Source: Bdellovibrionota bacterium
Lineage (GTDB): Bacteria > Bdellovibrionota_C > UBA2361 > JAAYZI01
Direction: 5' to 3'
Assembly (NCBI GenBank): GCA_050950765.1
Contig: JBMNIF010000001.1
Coordinates: 288,001-352,000 of the forward strand
Length of the DNA: 64,000 nucleotides
In this document: positions 42,074-51,346 of the stretch, piece after piece
How the letters are laid out: each line of letters begins with the position of its first letter
Numbering within the stretch: the first letter of the stretch is position 1
Notes under the pieces: generated by a model
What the model was told of the DNA's origin: nothing
The model's database searches: none
What the model saw: the letters and a program-made list of their open reading frames with translations, nothing else
Made by a program: the position numbers and the translations under genes

Positions 42074-42302
42074 ATAAGTAGTTGACTCTTTGACAGTAGG
42101 AAAAAATTGCATTGGATCTGGCGTGTACATTTAATACGGTGAGACATTAAAGATAAGTAGTGAGCTTTTTAACGGTGAGGAAAAAATTGCATTGGAACTG
42201 GCGTGTACATTTAATAAGGTGAGACATTAAAGATAAGTAGTGAGCTATTTAACGGTGAGGAAAAAAGTGCATTAGATCTGGTGTTGTGCATTCAATACAG
42301 AG
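42074..42302. repeat. Intergenic tandem repeat, ~3 x 79-80 bp
   Basis: Units start ATAAGTAG at 42074, 42153 and 42233 and contain GGAAAAAA(T/G)TGCATT. Confidence 0.9.
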
Positions 42303-42366
42303 AGGTAAAAAGTGTCTGTGCATCCTCTCTTCTGTATGTTTTGCGGGGTAGCATATAACGTGAAAC

Positions 42367-43722
42367 TTAATTGAGTTTTATAAAGTTACTTAAGCTTTTA
42401 AGCGCTTGTTGTGCTGTGCGCAAGCGGCGATCTTTTTTGGGAATCTTGTGTCCTTTCTCGTTCCTTTCGGGGAAGGCTTCGTAGGATGGCATAATGCCGA
42501 AATTTATATTCATCGGTTGAAAATCTTTTCTATCAGGATCGCTGATATAATTCATAAGAGAACCTATGGCAGTATCTGCAGGAAATGGTAGAGGTGCTTT
42601 TCCTACAAGTGTTGCCCAAGCGTTTATCCCTGCTACAAGTCCGCTGGCGGTTGATTCAAGATAACCCTCTACACCGCTAAATTGTCCGGCAAAAAATAAC
42701 CCTGCTTGAGTGCGGAGTTCAGCAGTATTTGTTAAGTGCTGCGGTGAATTGATAAAGGTATTACGGTGAACGGATCCGAAGCGAGCAAATTCAGCGTTTT
42801 GAAGACCTGGTAAGGAGCGAAAAATCCGTTCTTGTTCACCTCTTTTCATGCGGGTTTGCATGCCAACCATACTCCACAAAGTACCTGATCTATTATCGGG
42901 GCGTAATTGAAGTGCGGCATAAGGTTGAGCACCTGTTTTCGGATCGACTAGACCTTTTCCTTTTAACGGCCCGAAACGTAAAGTATCTAAACCTCTTTCT
43001 ACCATCTCTTCAATCGGTAAGCAGCCATCAAAGGGAACAGCACCGTCGATCGTATCACTTTCAACTTCAGGGTGACCGCCAAATTTTTCAGCAGTAGCGA
43101 TGTCATGATAGAGCTTTAAATATTGATCTTCAGTGAGAGGCACATTCAGGTAATCATCACCGCCCCCTTTTCCGTAACGAGATTGCTTAAAAAGGTGTGA
43201 AAGATCTAAGGAGTCGTAGTAGAGGATCGGACTAATGGCATCAAAGAAGTGCAATTCAGATTCTCCGCAAAGATCTATAATGCGTGCTGCTAGAGTAGGT
43301 GAGCATAACGGTCCAGCGGCGATAATAACGGGAGTTTCGCGAGTGGCTGGTGGAATCTCCAAAACTTCTTGGGTGCTAACGGTTACCAGTGGGTGTTGGC
43401 GTAGCTTTGAATCGATAATAGAACTGAAGAGGTCACGGTCTACTGCTAAAGCATTTCCTGCTGGAACTGCAGCGCTATCTGCTGCTTGCATGATAAGGGA
43501 GTTGCAGATGCGAAGCTCTTCTTTTAAAAGTCCGACAGCTTGGGATAGCTCAGCACCACGAAAGGAGTTGGAACAGACTAATTCCGCAAAAAGCCCTGTT
43601 TTATGGGCTTTAGTAGTAACAACAGGACGCATCTCGTATAAATCAACTTTAATTCCGCGATTTACTAATTGCCAAGTTGCTTCACAACCACTTAGCCCTG
43701 CTCCAACAACTGTTACTCTCAT
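42367..43722 (-). CDS. trmFO: FAD/folate-dependent tRNA U54 methyltransferase TrmFO
   Basis: GAGLSGCEA, YEMRP, AELVCSNS, LRFGPLK, GVEGYLES, FQPMNINFG. Confidence 0.96.
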   Translation of the reverse strand: MRVTVVGAGLSGCEATWQLVNRGIKVDLYEMRPVVTTKAHKTGLFAELVCSNSFRGAELSQAVGLLKEELRICNSLIMQAADSAAVPAGNALAVDRDLFSSIIDSKLRQHPLVTVSTQEVLEIPPATRETPVIIAAGPLCSPTLAARIIDLCGESELHFFDAISPILYYDSLDLSHLFKQSRYGKGGGDDYLNVPLTEDQYLKLYHDIATAEKFGGHPEVESDTIDGAVPFDGCLPIEEMVERGLDTLRFGPLKGKGLVDPKTGAQPYAALQLRPDNRSGTLWSMVGMQTRMKRGEQERIFRSLPGLQNAEFARFGSVHRNTFINSPQHLTNTAELRTQAGLFFAGQFSGVEGYLESTASGLVAGINAWATLVGKAPLPFPADTAIGSLMNYISDPDRKDFQPMNINFGIMPSYEAFPERNEKGHKIPKKDRRLRTAQQALKSLSNFIKLN

Positions 43723-43900
43723 ATTCAGACCTTAAAGCTCATTTAAAAATTAAGATAAAAATAGGGGTTAAATATTAACTTCATGGGAGTAGCGAGATAT
43801 ACCTGAAAGTTGTGTATGAAGGAAGATGGGTTGAGCACCTCTTTCATAAGTAGTGTAGCCTTTGTTGTATAACAATAAACAATAAGGAGGCACTACAACT

Positions 43901-43990
43901 ATGGAAAGTAATGTATTTATCTTAGGAAGTCTACACCAAACAAGCGACTCCCTCTCTTATAACTTCCTCGAGCCCAGATCATTTTTTTAA
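43901..43990 (+). CDS. Putative 29-aa small ORF
   Basis: TAAGGAGG SD 10 nt upstream; MESNVFILGSLHQTSDSLSYNFLEPRSFF. Confidence 0.3.
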   Translation: MESNVFILGSLHQTSDSLSYNFLEPRSFF

Positions 43991-44443
43991 GTTTCCAGCT
44001 TTTAAAAAGCTTCTATCTCTTATTTCAATCAAACACTTTAATCGTAAATCTTTAGTTTAGATCATTTTTAAAAAGCTTCCAGCTTTAAAAAGGTGTCACC
44101 TGAAAGGTAGTAGTGGTACTCCTTAATATTTTAAAAAAGTTAACTCTTCGTGGTGGATAAATTTACCTAGAAACTTCACCAAACTCGGAAGGCAACTTAG
44201 AGATAGAGCGAAAAAAAGATCATAGTAGTAGATTTAGAGGCGAAACTAAATGTTGTTATAGAAAGTTTTAATACCCTCAGAGAGAAGAGGGTAATACACA
44301 CAATATTTATTTATGAGAGGTGTGTAATAGAGTCTTGAATATTAAGATCAGAGAAAAAGTCCGGAGTAGATCTAAATAACAGAGCATAAAAAGATGGTAT
44401 AAGCGGTGCTAAGTTTTATTTTATTATAAGTGTATTTTGTAGC

Positions 44444-46354
44444 TTAATTTATCTCTATAACAGATGCATTAAATGGGATATTCCAATCAAGAGAAAAAAT
44501 TCCCTCCGGCATCGATATCGTTTTTTCACCTGACAACCTTCCAACTATTGAAGCACCCGTTTGCAACCTTCCATTTATGGAGGTGGGAACTTGACCAGCA
44601 GGATATTTAATAACAGAAGAATCTGGTATCTCTTTATCTCCAATTTTTAGTTTGCCCTTTTGATTGTGAAAAATTGTAATAGTGTAACCTTCCTTAATAT
44701 TTTCACGACTAATATTGAGGCGTTTTTTTGCTAAAAGTGCAGCTAGCTCCGGCTTGTCGATCTTCGGAATCTGCGGAAGTTGAAGGGGGATAGTTGCTAT
44801 CAAGGAGGGGCGATTTTCTAAGCTTGGAGTCGTTACCGATTTTAAACTTCGAATTATATTCAGGTCTGACCTTAATAACGATTTAGTGAAAGTAGCAATC
44901 GTTAAAACCGATTTTGATTTATCATAAAGAGCTATCGCAGAAGCCGCTGATGTGTATGAGAGGCTTCCTAGCTGTTTATAACGTGCAACTACTGAACTGA
45001 AACGGAAGTTCCATTTTAAAACTTCTCTTCTGTTATAGACGACTCGATCATCCATACGCATGGAGAAGCTCTGCCCGACATCCAAAGCAAAGCAGGAGGT
45101 GTTAAACGATCGGGATGGATTTATCAGTTGAAAATCTTTGACTATACGAATATCAGTTAATTCTTGTGGAATCGCAGCTGTTAAGGTGGGGCTAAACTTT
45201 ATGGAAGCATCAATGATTGTGGATAACCTACAATACTGTGTCGTTGGAATGTAGGATATCACTAAACGCGCCAGCGGAGTCTTTTCGATTATCTCTTCTG
45301 TGTCTGTTAGTAGATCTCGAATTGATTCCAATTTAACCTTATCCGTAGTTGTTAGTAGCTCTTTAAAAAGAGCTACTTCTATGGAGGTGGAAGAAGGTTG
45401 ATTAAAATCTCTCTGTGAAGCTGTTTTTTTATCATCCATTATTCTCACAAAAACGCCATTGATCGGAACTCCTTTCCCGTTGACCAGTATCGTCCCGATA
45501 TCTCCATAAACTTTCTCGTTCGCTTCTTTAACGGGTGTTGGAGTAGCTTGTGGTGTAGTAGTTGGGGCAGCTTCTGGAGTAGCATCTTTAAGGTCTGTTT
45601 GTTGAGTAAGTGCTTCAGTAGCCACTGCTACTGTGGATAATGTGCGGTGTCTGATATCTATTATTAGATAGGTACTAACAACGCCAATTGATATAAAAGC
45701 CGCAACGATACCTATAACTCGACCTGTTTCTGAAAAATCAAGACGCTTTACAACTTTGCAACCACTGATCAGATCATGAAAAGTCTGACGATCTTTATTA
45801 CGGAAACTTAAAAGACACCCTATAAATAGTGATAAAATTGAGAGAATTTTTGCTAAATTACGTAGGAGCGTGGTGGCAAAATTACACCGAAGACCTGTTA
45901 GGTCAGTTACGTAGATACCAAGGAGACTTTTTCCTAAAGTAGATCTTGAGGGAGAAGCTTCAGCTATCGCACCATAAAGCGCCCCCAGTAATAAGATGTA
46001 AATTATCCATATTATAGGTGTTAAAAAAAACGGAATGGTAGTGAGTGAAGCCGTGTCTGAAACAAACACTTTAATCAGATGAATTGCAACGATATCAGGA
46101 TAGATTAAAAAGCCGAAGATATCTAAGATCTGTGCGCAACCTTGAATCAATATCGCTAGAAGCGCCGTATCTAACAACCAAGCAAAAAGGCGTAATGTAG
46201 CGCTCGCCGGAATATAAAGATCTGAAACAGATGAATCGCTCTCACTTTGTCCATCAATTAGAATATCAGATGAGGCTAAGGAACGGGTCGTCTCCCCCAA
46301 GTTAGGACGTAAGTTTTTCTTATTTTGATAACGAGATCGAAAATCGGTAGCCAT
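44444..46354 (-). CDS. RDD-domain membrane protein with large C-terminal extracytoplasmic region
   Basis: RLFAWLLD, TLGKSLLGIYV, QTFHDLISG; TM and PT linker follow. Confidence 0.85.
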   Translation of the reverse strand: MATDFRSRYQNKKNLRPNLGETTRSLASSDILIDGQSESDSSVSDLYIPASATLRLFAWLLDTALLAILIQGCAQILDIFGFLIYPDIVAIHLIKVFVSDTASLTTIPFFLTPIIWIIYILLLGALYGAIAEASPSRSTLGKSLLGIYVTDLTGLRCNFATTLLRNLAKILSILSLFIGCLLSFRNKDRQTFHDLISGCKVVKRLDFSETGRVIGIVAAFISIGVVSTYLIIDIRHRTLSTVAVATEALTQQTDLKDATPEAAPTTTPQATPTPVKEANEKVYGDIGTILVNGKGVPINGVFVRIMDDKKTASQRDFNQPSSTSIEVALFKELLTTTDKVKLESIRDLLTDTEEIIEKTPLARLVISYIPTTQYCRLSTIIDASIKFSPTLTAAIPQELTDIRIVKDFQLINPSRSFNTSCFALDVGQSFSMRMDDRVVYNRREVLKWNFRFSSVVARYKQLGSLSYTSAASAIALYDKSKSVLTIATFTKSLLRSDLNIIRSLKSVTTPSLENRPSLIATIPLQLPQIPKIDKPELAALLAKKRLNISRENIKEGYTITIFHNQKGKLKIGDKEIPDSSVIKYPAGQVPTSINGRLQTGASIVGRLSGEKTISMPEGIFSLDWNIPFNASVIEIN

Positions 46355-46572
46355 TAAGAAAACGTTTTTATATACAAAAACAATAAATAAATTTACGACA
46401 TTGCTACGAGCGCAGGAGCTTTTATTATGGTAACTAACTTATTGAAATTAGGTCAATAGATTAGTTATCTTACTAAAAACCCCCTGCGACTCTATCGGAA
46501 TATTCGTAAATTTTCTAAAGTCCCTTGAATTTTTAAAACAGATTATCTTTCGGCTATTTTAAAAATAGATCT

Positions 46573-47469
46573 CTAATCACACCGTTCTGAAGTGTTTGTG
46601 ACGGTGTAAGTGATGACCTCTCCATTATTCAATGTAACTTCAACTACCACATTGTTAGGATAGTCGCCGCCTGCTTTAGAAAACCTAAAGTGCGCTCGGT
46701 CTCCTCCAGCATCAGGATTGGCTAGCCCAGAGGCGCGTCCTTCCTCGAGTTCATTTCCGTTGGCATCTTTTAAAACAACTTTTTCAATTAAAGTCGATAT
46801 GTCTGACGGTAAGATTACAACTAACTTTCCGTTACTATCAGAAACAGGCTTCCAAAGGAATCCGCCACTACCATCCATGCTTGTGCCGTTAGATGTGGAG
46901 GATGATTTTGTGGTTGTAGTAGTGTTTGATAGGCCGTGTGCGGAGGTATCAGCTGTTTGAGAACCATCGTTAAACGCTTCTATCCTCAACCTCGCCATCT
47001 CCAAAGCAGAATCCATCGACATTATAGCGATGGTTGGATCGTTTTCACTACCGCGACCATCGTAGAGCGCTTCGAGATTATCATCCAACTGTGCACCTTC
47101 AAAGGCTTCAGCATGCACCTGATCTGCCTCTTCTTTGCTTAAAGATTCACTAGCCACCATTTTAGATAAGGCGTTCTTAGCAGCTGTTTCGTAAGAGACA
47201 TACCCATCAGCACGTTGAATTAATCCTTTTTCCGTTTCTAACAATTCTTGATACTCAGCAGCAGCATCGTTCCCTTTGAGTTTTGCAATTCGTTCTGTAA
47301 GAAGGGAGGCAAATAATTCCTCTTCATTAACATTATTTGCCGAGTCAGGTTGCACCAACCCACTCAGAATTGAATTAAAATCAGAGGAGTCATTGCTTAG
47401 TAATTCCCTTACATAGCTTCCAACCTCTTGAATTCCTTTAGCGGCAAGTAATCCTGTAACAACGTCCAT
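46573..47469 (-). CDS. Hypothetical acidic protein
   Basis: 298-aa ORF with T/S linker and beta-rich C-terminus (GFLWKPVSDSNGKLVVILP). Confidence 0.8.
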   Translation of the reverse strand: MDVVTGLLAAKGIQEVGSYVRELLSNDSSDFNSILSGLVQPDSANNVNEEELFASLLTERIAKLKGNDAAAEYQELLETEKGLIQRADGYVSYETAAKNALSKMVASESLSKEEADQVHAEAFEGAQLDDNLEALYDGRGSENDPTIAIMSMDSALEMARLRIEAFNDGSQTADTSAHGLSNTTTTTKSSSTSNGTSMDGSGGFLWKPVSDSNGKLVVILPSDISTLIEKVVLKDANGNELEEGRASGLANPDAGGDRAHFRFSKAGGDYPNNVVVEVTLNNGEVITYTVTNTSERCD

Positions 47470-47532
47470 ATTGATTTCCTTATCAAAAATAGCGGCAATT
47501 ATTGCTAATTGACCTAGTCCAATAAAATTTAA

Positions 47533-47548
47533 TGCAGAAATAATGCCA
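47533..47548 (-). promoter_or_regulatory. Putative sigma54 promoter
   Basis: Minus strand TGGCATTATTTCTGCA (GG-N10-GC), 64 bp upstream of ATG 47469. Confidence 0.65.
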
Positions 47549-47581
47549 AAACTAAGAGATGGGGGGAGAGCCTAAAAAAGG

Positions 47582-47992
47582 CTACCGAGAAAAGTAAGAG
47601 ACCGCTTGGTATAAATTTTTACTGTATGAGAGAGGGTCCGCACCTTTGATAATGTAGCAGTTTGCTCTTGCAGCGTAGCTGCTATTGATATGGTCTGCTA
47701 AGTCTGAAGTGGAAACGATAATCACGGGAAGAACCATTTCAGACGAGAAACTTCTAAGTTCATTTAAGACATCGATGCCGCTTTTATGATCGAGTTTAAG
47801 ATCGATAATAGCTAAATTAAACGGTTGATCATCAGGTGCTGCATTTTTGAAGGCTTCATTGATTAGATTGATAGCTGTATCAGCAGAGCCACTCTCTATT
47901 ATCTCTACGGGGTGAGGTAACTTTTTTACTGCCCGAGAAGCAACAAGACGGTGAGCGCAATCATCATCAACCAAGAGGATTTTTACCTTCAT
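47582..47992 (-). CDS. Single-domain response regulator
   Basis: ILLVDDD, IIDLKL, SG..VL, ANCYIIK. Confidence 0.92.
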   Translation of the reverse strand: MKVKILLVDDDCAHRLVASRAVKKLPHPVEIIESGSADTAINLINEAFKNAAPDDQPFNLAIIDLKLDHKSGIDVLNELRSFSSEMVLPVIIVSTSDLADHINSSYAARANCYIIKGADPLSYSKNLYQAVSYFSR

Positions 47993-49464
47993 TGTTCGTC
48001 CTTTTTTTGAATCAGTTTGTTATCATCGGGAGCTTCAAAAAAAGAATCCTCCACCAGTGGTAAGACGACTTTAAAGGTACTACCTACACCGACTTCACTT
48101 TGTACAGAGACATCACCACGTAAGCAGGAGACTAACTTTTTAACGCAAGCTAATCCGATTCCAGAACCTTCAATATCTTTACTGTGCGCACGTTGGAAGG
48201 GGCGAAATATATCTTGTAAGCGATTAGAAGGGATGCCTAAACCGTTATCTTTTACTAAAAACTGAACGTAACGTGGAGAGATGTATGTTGCTGTTATTGA
48301 GATCTCTAATTTGCGTTCAGGAGAGCGGTATTTTATAGCATTACCTATTAAGTTACTGAAGATCTGATAAAGCTTTAAACGATCTCCAAGCACTTCCGGC
48401 ATCGCCGGAGTAACGGAGATACTTCCCTCTACTGCTGAAAGTTGCGGTGTGATCTCATTACAGATATCTTGCAATAAGGAATTAATATTCACAACTTCTT
48501 CCGCTGATTCTCCTATGCCGACACGCGAATAATCGACAACACTCTGTACTAGCTGCTCCAATCTATCTGTGGCGGCATTGATATGTTGGATTATCTCCCA
48601 CGTTGATGATTCTGTCGTAATTTGCAGGTCTTCCTGCAAGATCTGCATCATGCCCTTTATGGTAAAGATCGGTGCCTTTAAATCGTGAGAGATCATGTAG
48701 CTAAAATCTTCTAAATCCCGATTTTTCTCCTCAATCTGTTGTTGCCTTCGAATTAGGCTGGTGACATCGAATGTGATTGAAAGAGATGAAGTTAAATCTC
48801 CATGATCATCCATGATCGGAACCGTTCTTGTTTCTGCCCACATCTCTATGCCAGTTCTGTGATAGAAACGGTACCTAAACTGGAACGCTTCTCCGCAGGA
48901 GCAGATGCGCAAAGCTTTTTTATAATCCTCTCTATCATCGGGATGGATAATTTCAAGAAAGAAATCGGAATCTTTTACGCTGTAGATTTTTTCAAGTTTA
49001 AAGCCTGTTAAAACTTCCGTATAAGGGCTGCAATATGCGATGTGTCCGGAGGCATCTCTGATTACGATAGCTGCTGCTAAGTTCTCTGTTAAGACCTCAT
49101 AACGATCAACTAGCATATCTGTTTCGTCACTTAGCTCTTCAATGGTGTGTTGATTGTACTCTAAAATCTGTGAATGCGCTTTTAGTAGGGTATTTAGTTG
49201 TGGGAAAAGAGGATCAGTCACTTCTTTTGAGGATAAGAGCCCTTCAGATGTTATCTTAGTGGTGGCTTTGAGAACCCGCCCCGCTAGAAAGAGAAAAGTT
49301 ATTAAGACACCACACAAAAAAGCAAGTAATGAATTGAATGGAGTCTCGAAAAATAGGAGATAACTTAGAAAAAACGTGACTAATAATGTAGCGATAAAAA
49401 ATATCAGATACCTGTTACTTGAGTTCTTCCAAAAACTATCTGCATTTTTATCTGTTTTTATCAT
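47989..49464 (-). CDS. Membrane PAS sensor histidine kinase
   Basis: 2 TM, PAS (IHPDDR), SHDLKAP H-box, NLIGNAIKY, DNGLGI, GSGIGLA. Confidence 0.95.
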   Translation of the reverse strand: MIKTDKNADSFWKNSSNRYLIFFIATLLVTFFLSYLLFFETPFNSLLAFLCGVLITFLFLAGRVLKATTKITSEGLLSSKEVTDPLFPQLNTLLKAHSQILEYNQHTIEELSDETDMLVDRYEVLTENLAAAIVIRDASGHIAYCSPYTEVLTGFKLEKIYSVKDSDFFLEIIHPDDREDYKKALRICSCGEAFQFRYRFYHRTGIEMWAETRTVPIMDDHGDLTSSLSITFDVTSLIRRQQQIEEKNRDLEDFSYMISHDLKAPIFTIKGMMQILQEDLQITTESSTWEIIQHINAATDRLEQLVQSVVDYSRVGIGESAEEVVNINSLLQDICNEITPQLSAVEGSISVTPAMPEVLGDRLKLYQIFSNLIGNAIKYRSPERKLEISITATYISPRYVQFLVKDNGLGIPSNRLQDIFRPFQRAHSKDIEGSGIGLACVKKLVSCLRGDVSVQSEVGVGSTFKVVLPLVEDSFFEAPDDNKLIQKKDEQ

Positions 49465-49503
49465 TCATCCTCTTTCTACATTTTTTCACGTTATATTTCT
49501 ATG

Positions 49504-50451
49504 TTATAGGTTTGGACGAAGATAGAGATTTTTTTCAACCTCAAAAGACCTCTGGATATTCTGCAAAATATCGTATTTTTCGGCAAGCGGGATTCCAAGA
49601 TAGGTAAAGATAGCATCTAATTTTTTAGCAGCACGATTACGAAATCTGATAAAATTGTTCGGATGCCCCAAGCCTAAAGCGTGTGCTACGGTATCAGCTG
49701 CCCAAATTAAATTTGGTAAAGTAATCTCATTTTTTGCTGCCGCTGAAAGATCTTCAGGTGGGGTGTGGTGATTTCTAATGACGCTCGTTATATCAGGGCT
49801 AAAATTCCACTTTTCTGCGATAAGTTGCCCTACTTCAGTATGGTTAAAAACAAAAACCTCTTCTTCTGCTCCGCAAAAATCACGTTCGTTATTGATAGCA
49901 GCACTGTTAATCTCGCAATAGACCTGCTCCGCACGTTGTAAGAGTAGCAGCTTGCCGATATCGTGCAGCAAGCCACTCAAAAAAGCAGAATCTTTTTTGG
50001 GGTGTCCGATCCTATCTCCTAAAATCTTTGCAGCTAAACCTGTGGCGATATCGTTAATCCAAAATTGTAAGCGTGCCGGATTTTTTGAGGGGAAAAGGTC
50101 TGATAACGTAGTGGCACTTAATAGATCACGTAGTTCGTTTACTCCTAGTACATTAACGCACGCCTCTATGTTATCGCTGCGCTTCCCACGATCGAAGTAG
50201 ACAGAGTTCGCAATTTTTAGTACCCGCGCAGAAAGCGCTTCATCTGATTCAATTACCTCTATAAAATCTCTAGCAGAAGCGTTAGGGTCTACGGATAGTT
50301 TAAAAGCTCTCTGAGCAGAGCTCGCCATAGTTGGAATGCCGTATCGCCCGATGACAGACAAGATAGCAGAAGAGATCTCTCGAGTCAGTTCGGGCGTACC
50401 CACCTTAGGTGTGTTTTTCTTTGTAGAAAAAAATTTTCCAAATAAGACCAT
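49504..50451 (-). CDS. HDOD-domain protein
   Basis: D.ALSARVLKIANS, GLLHDIGK, HTEVG..WNF. Confidence 0.92.
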   Translation of the reverse strand: MVLFGKFFSTKKNTPKVGTPELTREISSAILSVIGRYGIPTMASSAQRAFKLSVDPNASARDFIEVIESDEALSARVLKIANSVYFDRGKRSDNIEACVNVLGVNELRDLLSATTLSDLFPSKNPARLQFWINDIATGLAAKILGDRIGHPKKDSAFLSGLLHDIGKLLLLQRAEQVYCEINSAAINNERDFCGAEEEVFVFNHTEVGQLIAEKWNFSPDITSVIRNHHTPPEDLSAAAKNEITLPNLIWAADTVAHALGLGHPNNFIRFRNRAAKKLDAIFTYLGIPLAEKYDILQNIQRSFEVEKNLYLRPNL

Positions 50452-50452
50452 A

Positions 50453-51004
50453 CTACTCTATAACTGTAATCCAGACAGAGGCTTCTGAGGCGTATTTCGG
50501 ATCTGAAGGCTCGAATTCAACACTATCATCTATTAGTGGATCGTTCACATCCGCATCAACTCCGACCTCTCCGCTCCTTATAGTGGACATCCCTTCGAGT
50601 TCAAATCTTAACTCACCATATTGAGACTCGCCGAAACTCTTATGACTGAGGAAAAACACTAAGAACCTTCCGGCTTTGACGAACTCTCCCGAGGCGATGT
50701 CAATATCAGGATCGAGGTGATACTCTTTGTCTTCAATTCTTAAAGAAGCAGAGTTTTGTACATAAGAAAAAGCTGACGGATGGTATATCTTAAGCAAGAT
50801 GCCATCTTTATGGAGATCTGAGATCGTAATCTTTATAGAGGTGCGGTCTCCCGTGTCGATGGTTGTTGGACTGGCGCTGATAGAGACATGTGCTGCGCCG
50901 ATAAAATCATCATCACCACCGCTGCTACCACACCCTGTTAGTGTAAGTGCAGAGGCTAAAGTAATTAAAGAGAGGAGAGAAGTTTTTAAAAAAGCAGTAT
51001 TCAT
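50453..51004 (-). CDS. Hypothetical lipoprotein
   Basis: Lipobox LTGC; directly upstream of the HDOD gene. Confidence 0.8.
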   Translation of the reverse strand: MNTAFLKTSLLSLITLASALTLTGCGSSGGDDDFIGAAHVSISASPTTIDTGDRTSIKITISDLHKDGILLKIYHPSAFSYVQNSASLRIEDKEYHLDPDIDIASGEFVKAGRFLVFFLSHKSFGESQYGELRFELEGMSTIRSGEVGVDADVNDPLIDDSVEFEPSDPKYASEASVWITVIE

Positions 51005-51346
51005 AAAGAGACCCCATAAAAACGTAGCCGTATATACCTTGCTTAGTGTTCCAAGTCTTTTACAAAGTACAAGGTGAAGAAGTAAGTAAACATTTAATCC
51101 CTACAATTGTTAATTATTTTATTAATCTTCACAAGATAGAAAGTGTAGGGTTGGGAGCGCGTTATGGTTCATAATTTAATGTCACTCTGCGAAAAGGGCT
51201 CAGAATATTTTAGGAAGGTGTGTTGCTGCATAATTCCGCAGACAAAATACCTTTGCTATTGCTCTTTAAGATTAAAATTAAGTAGACTTGTTTTTTAGTT
51301 TTACCGGTAAAATATTGATTAAAAGCACTTGTGGAGACGTTTTGTT

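Noticed and set aside
43785..43800. yybP-ykoY riboswitch suggested by GGGAGTAGC
   Set aside because: Other conserved elements and a transporter gene downstream are missing
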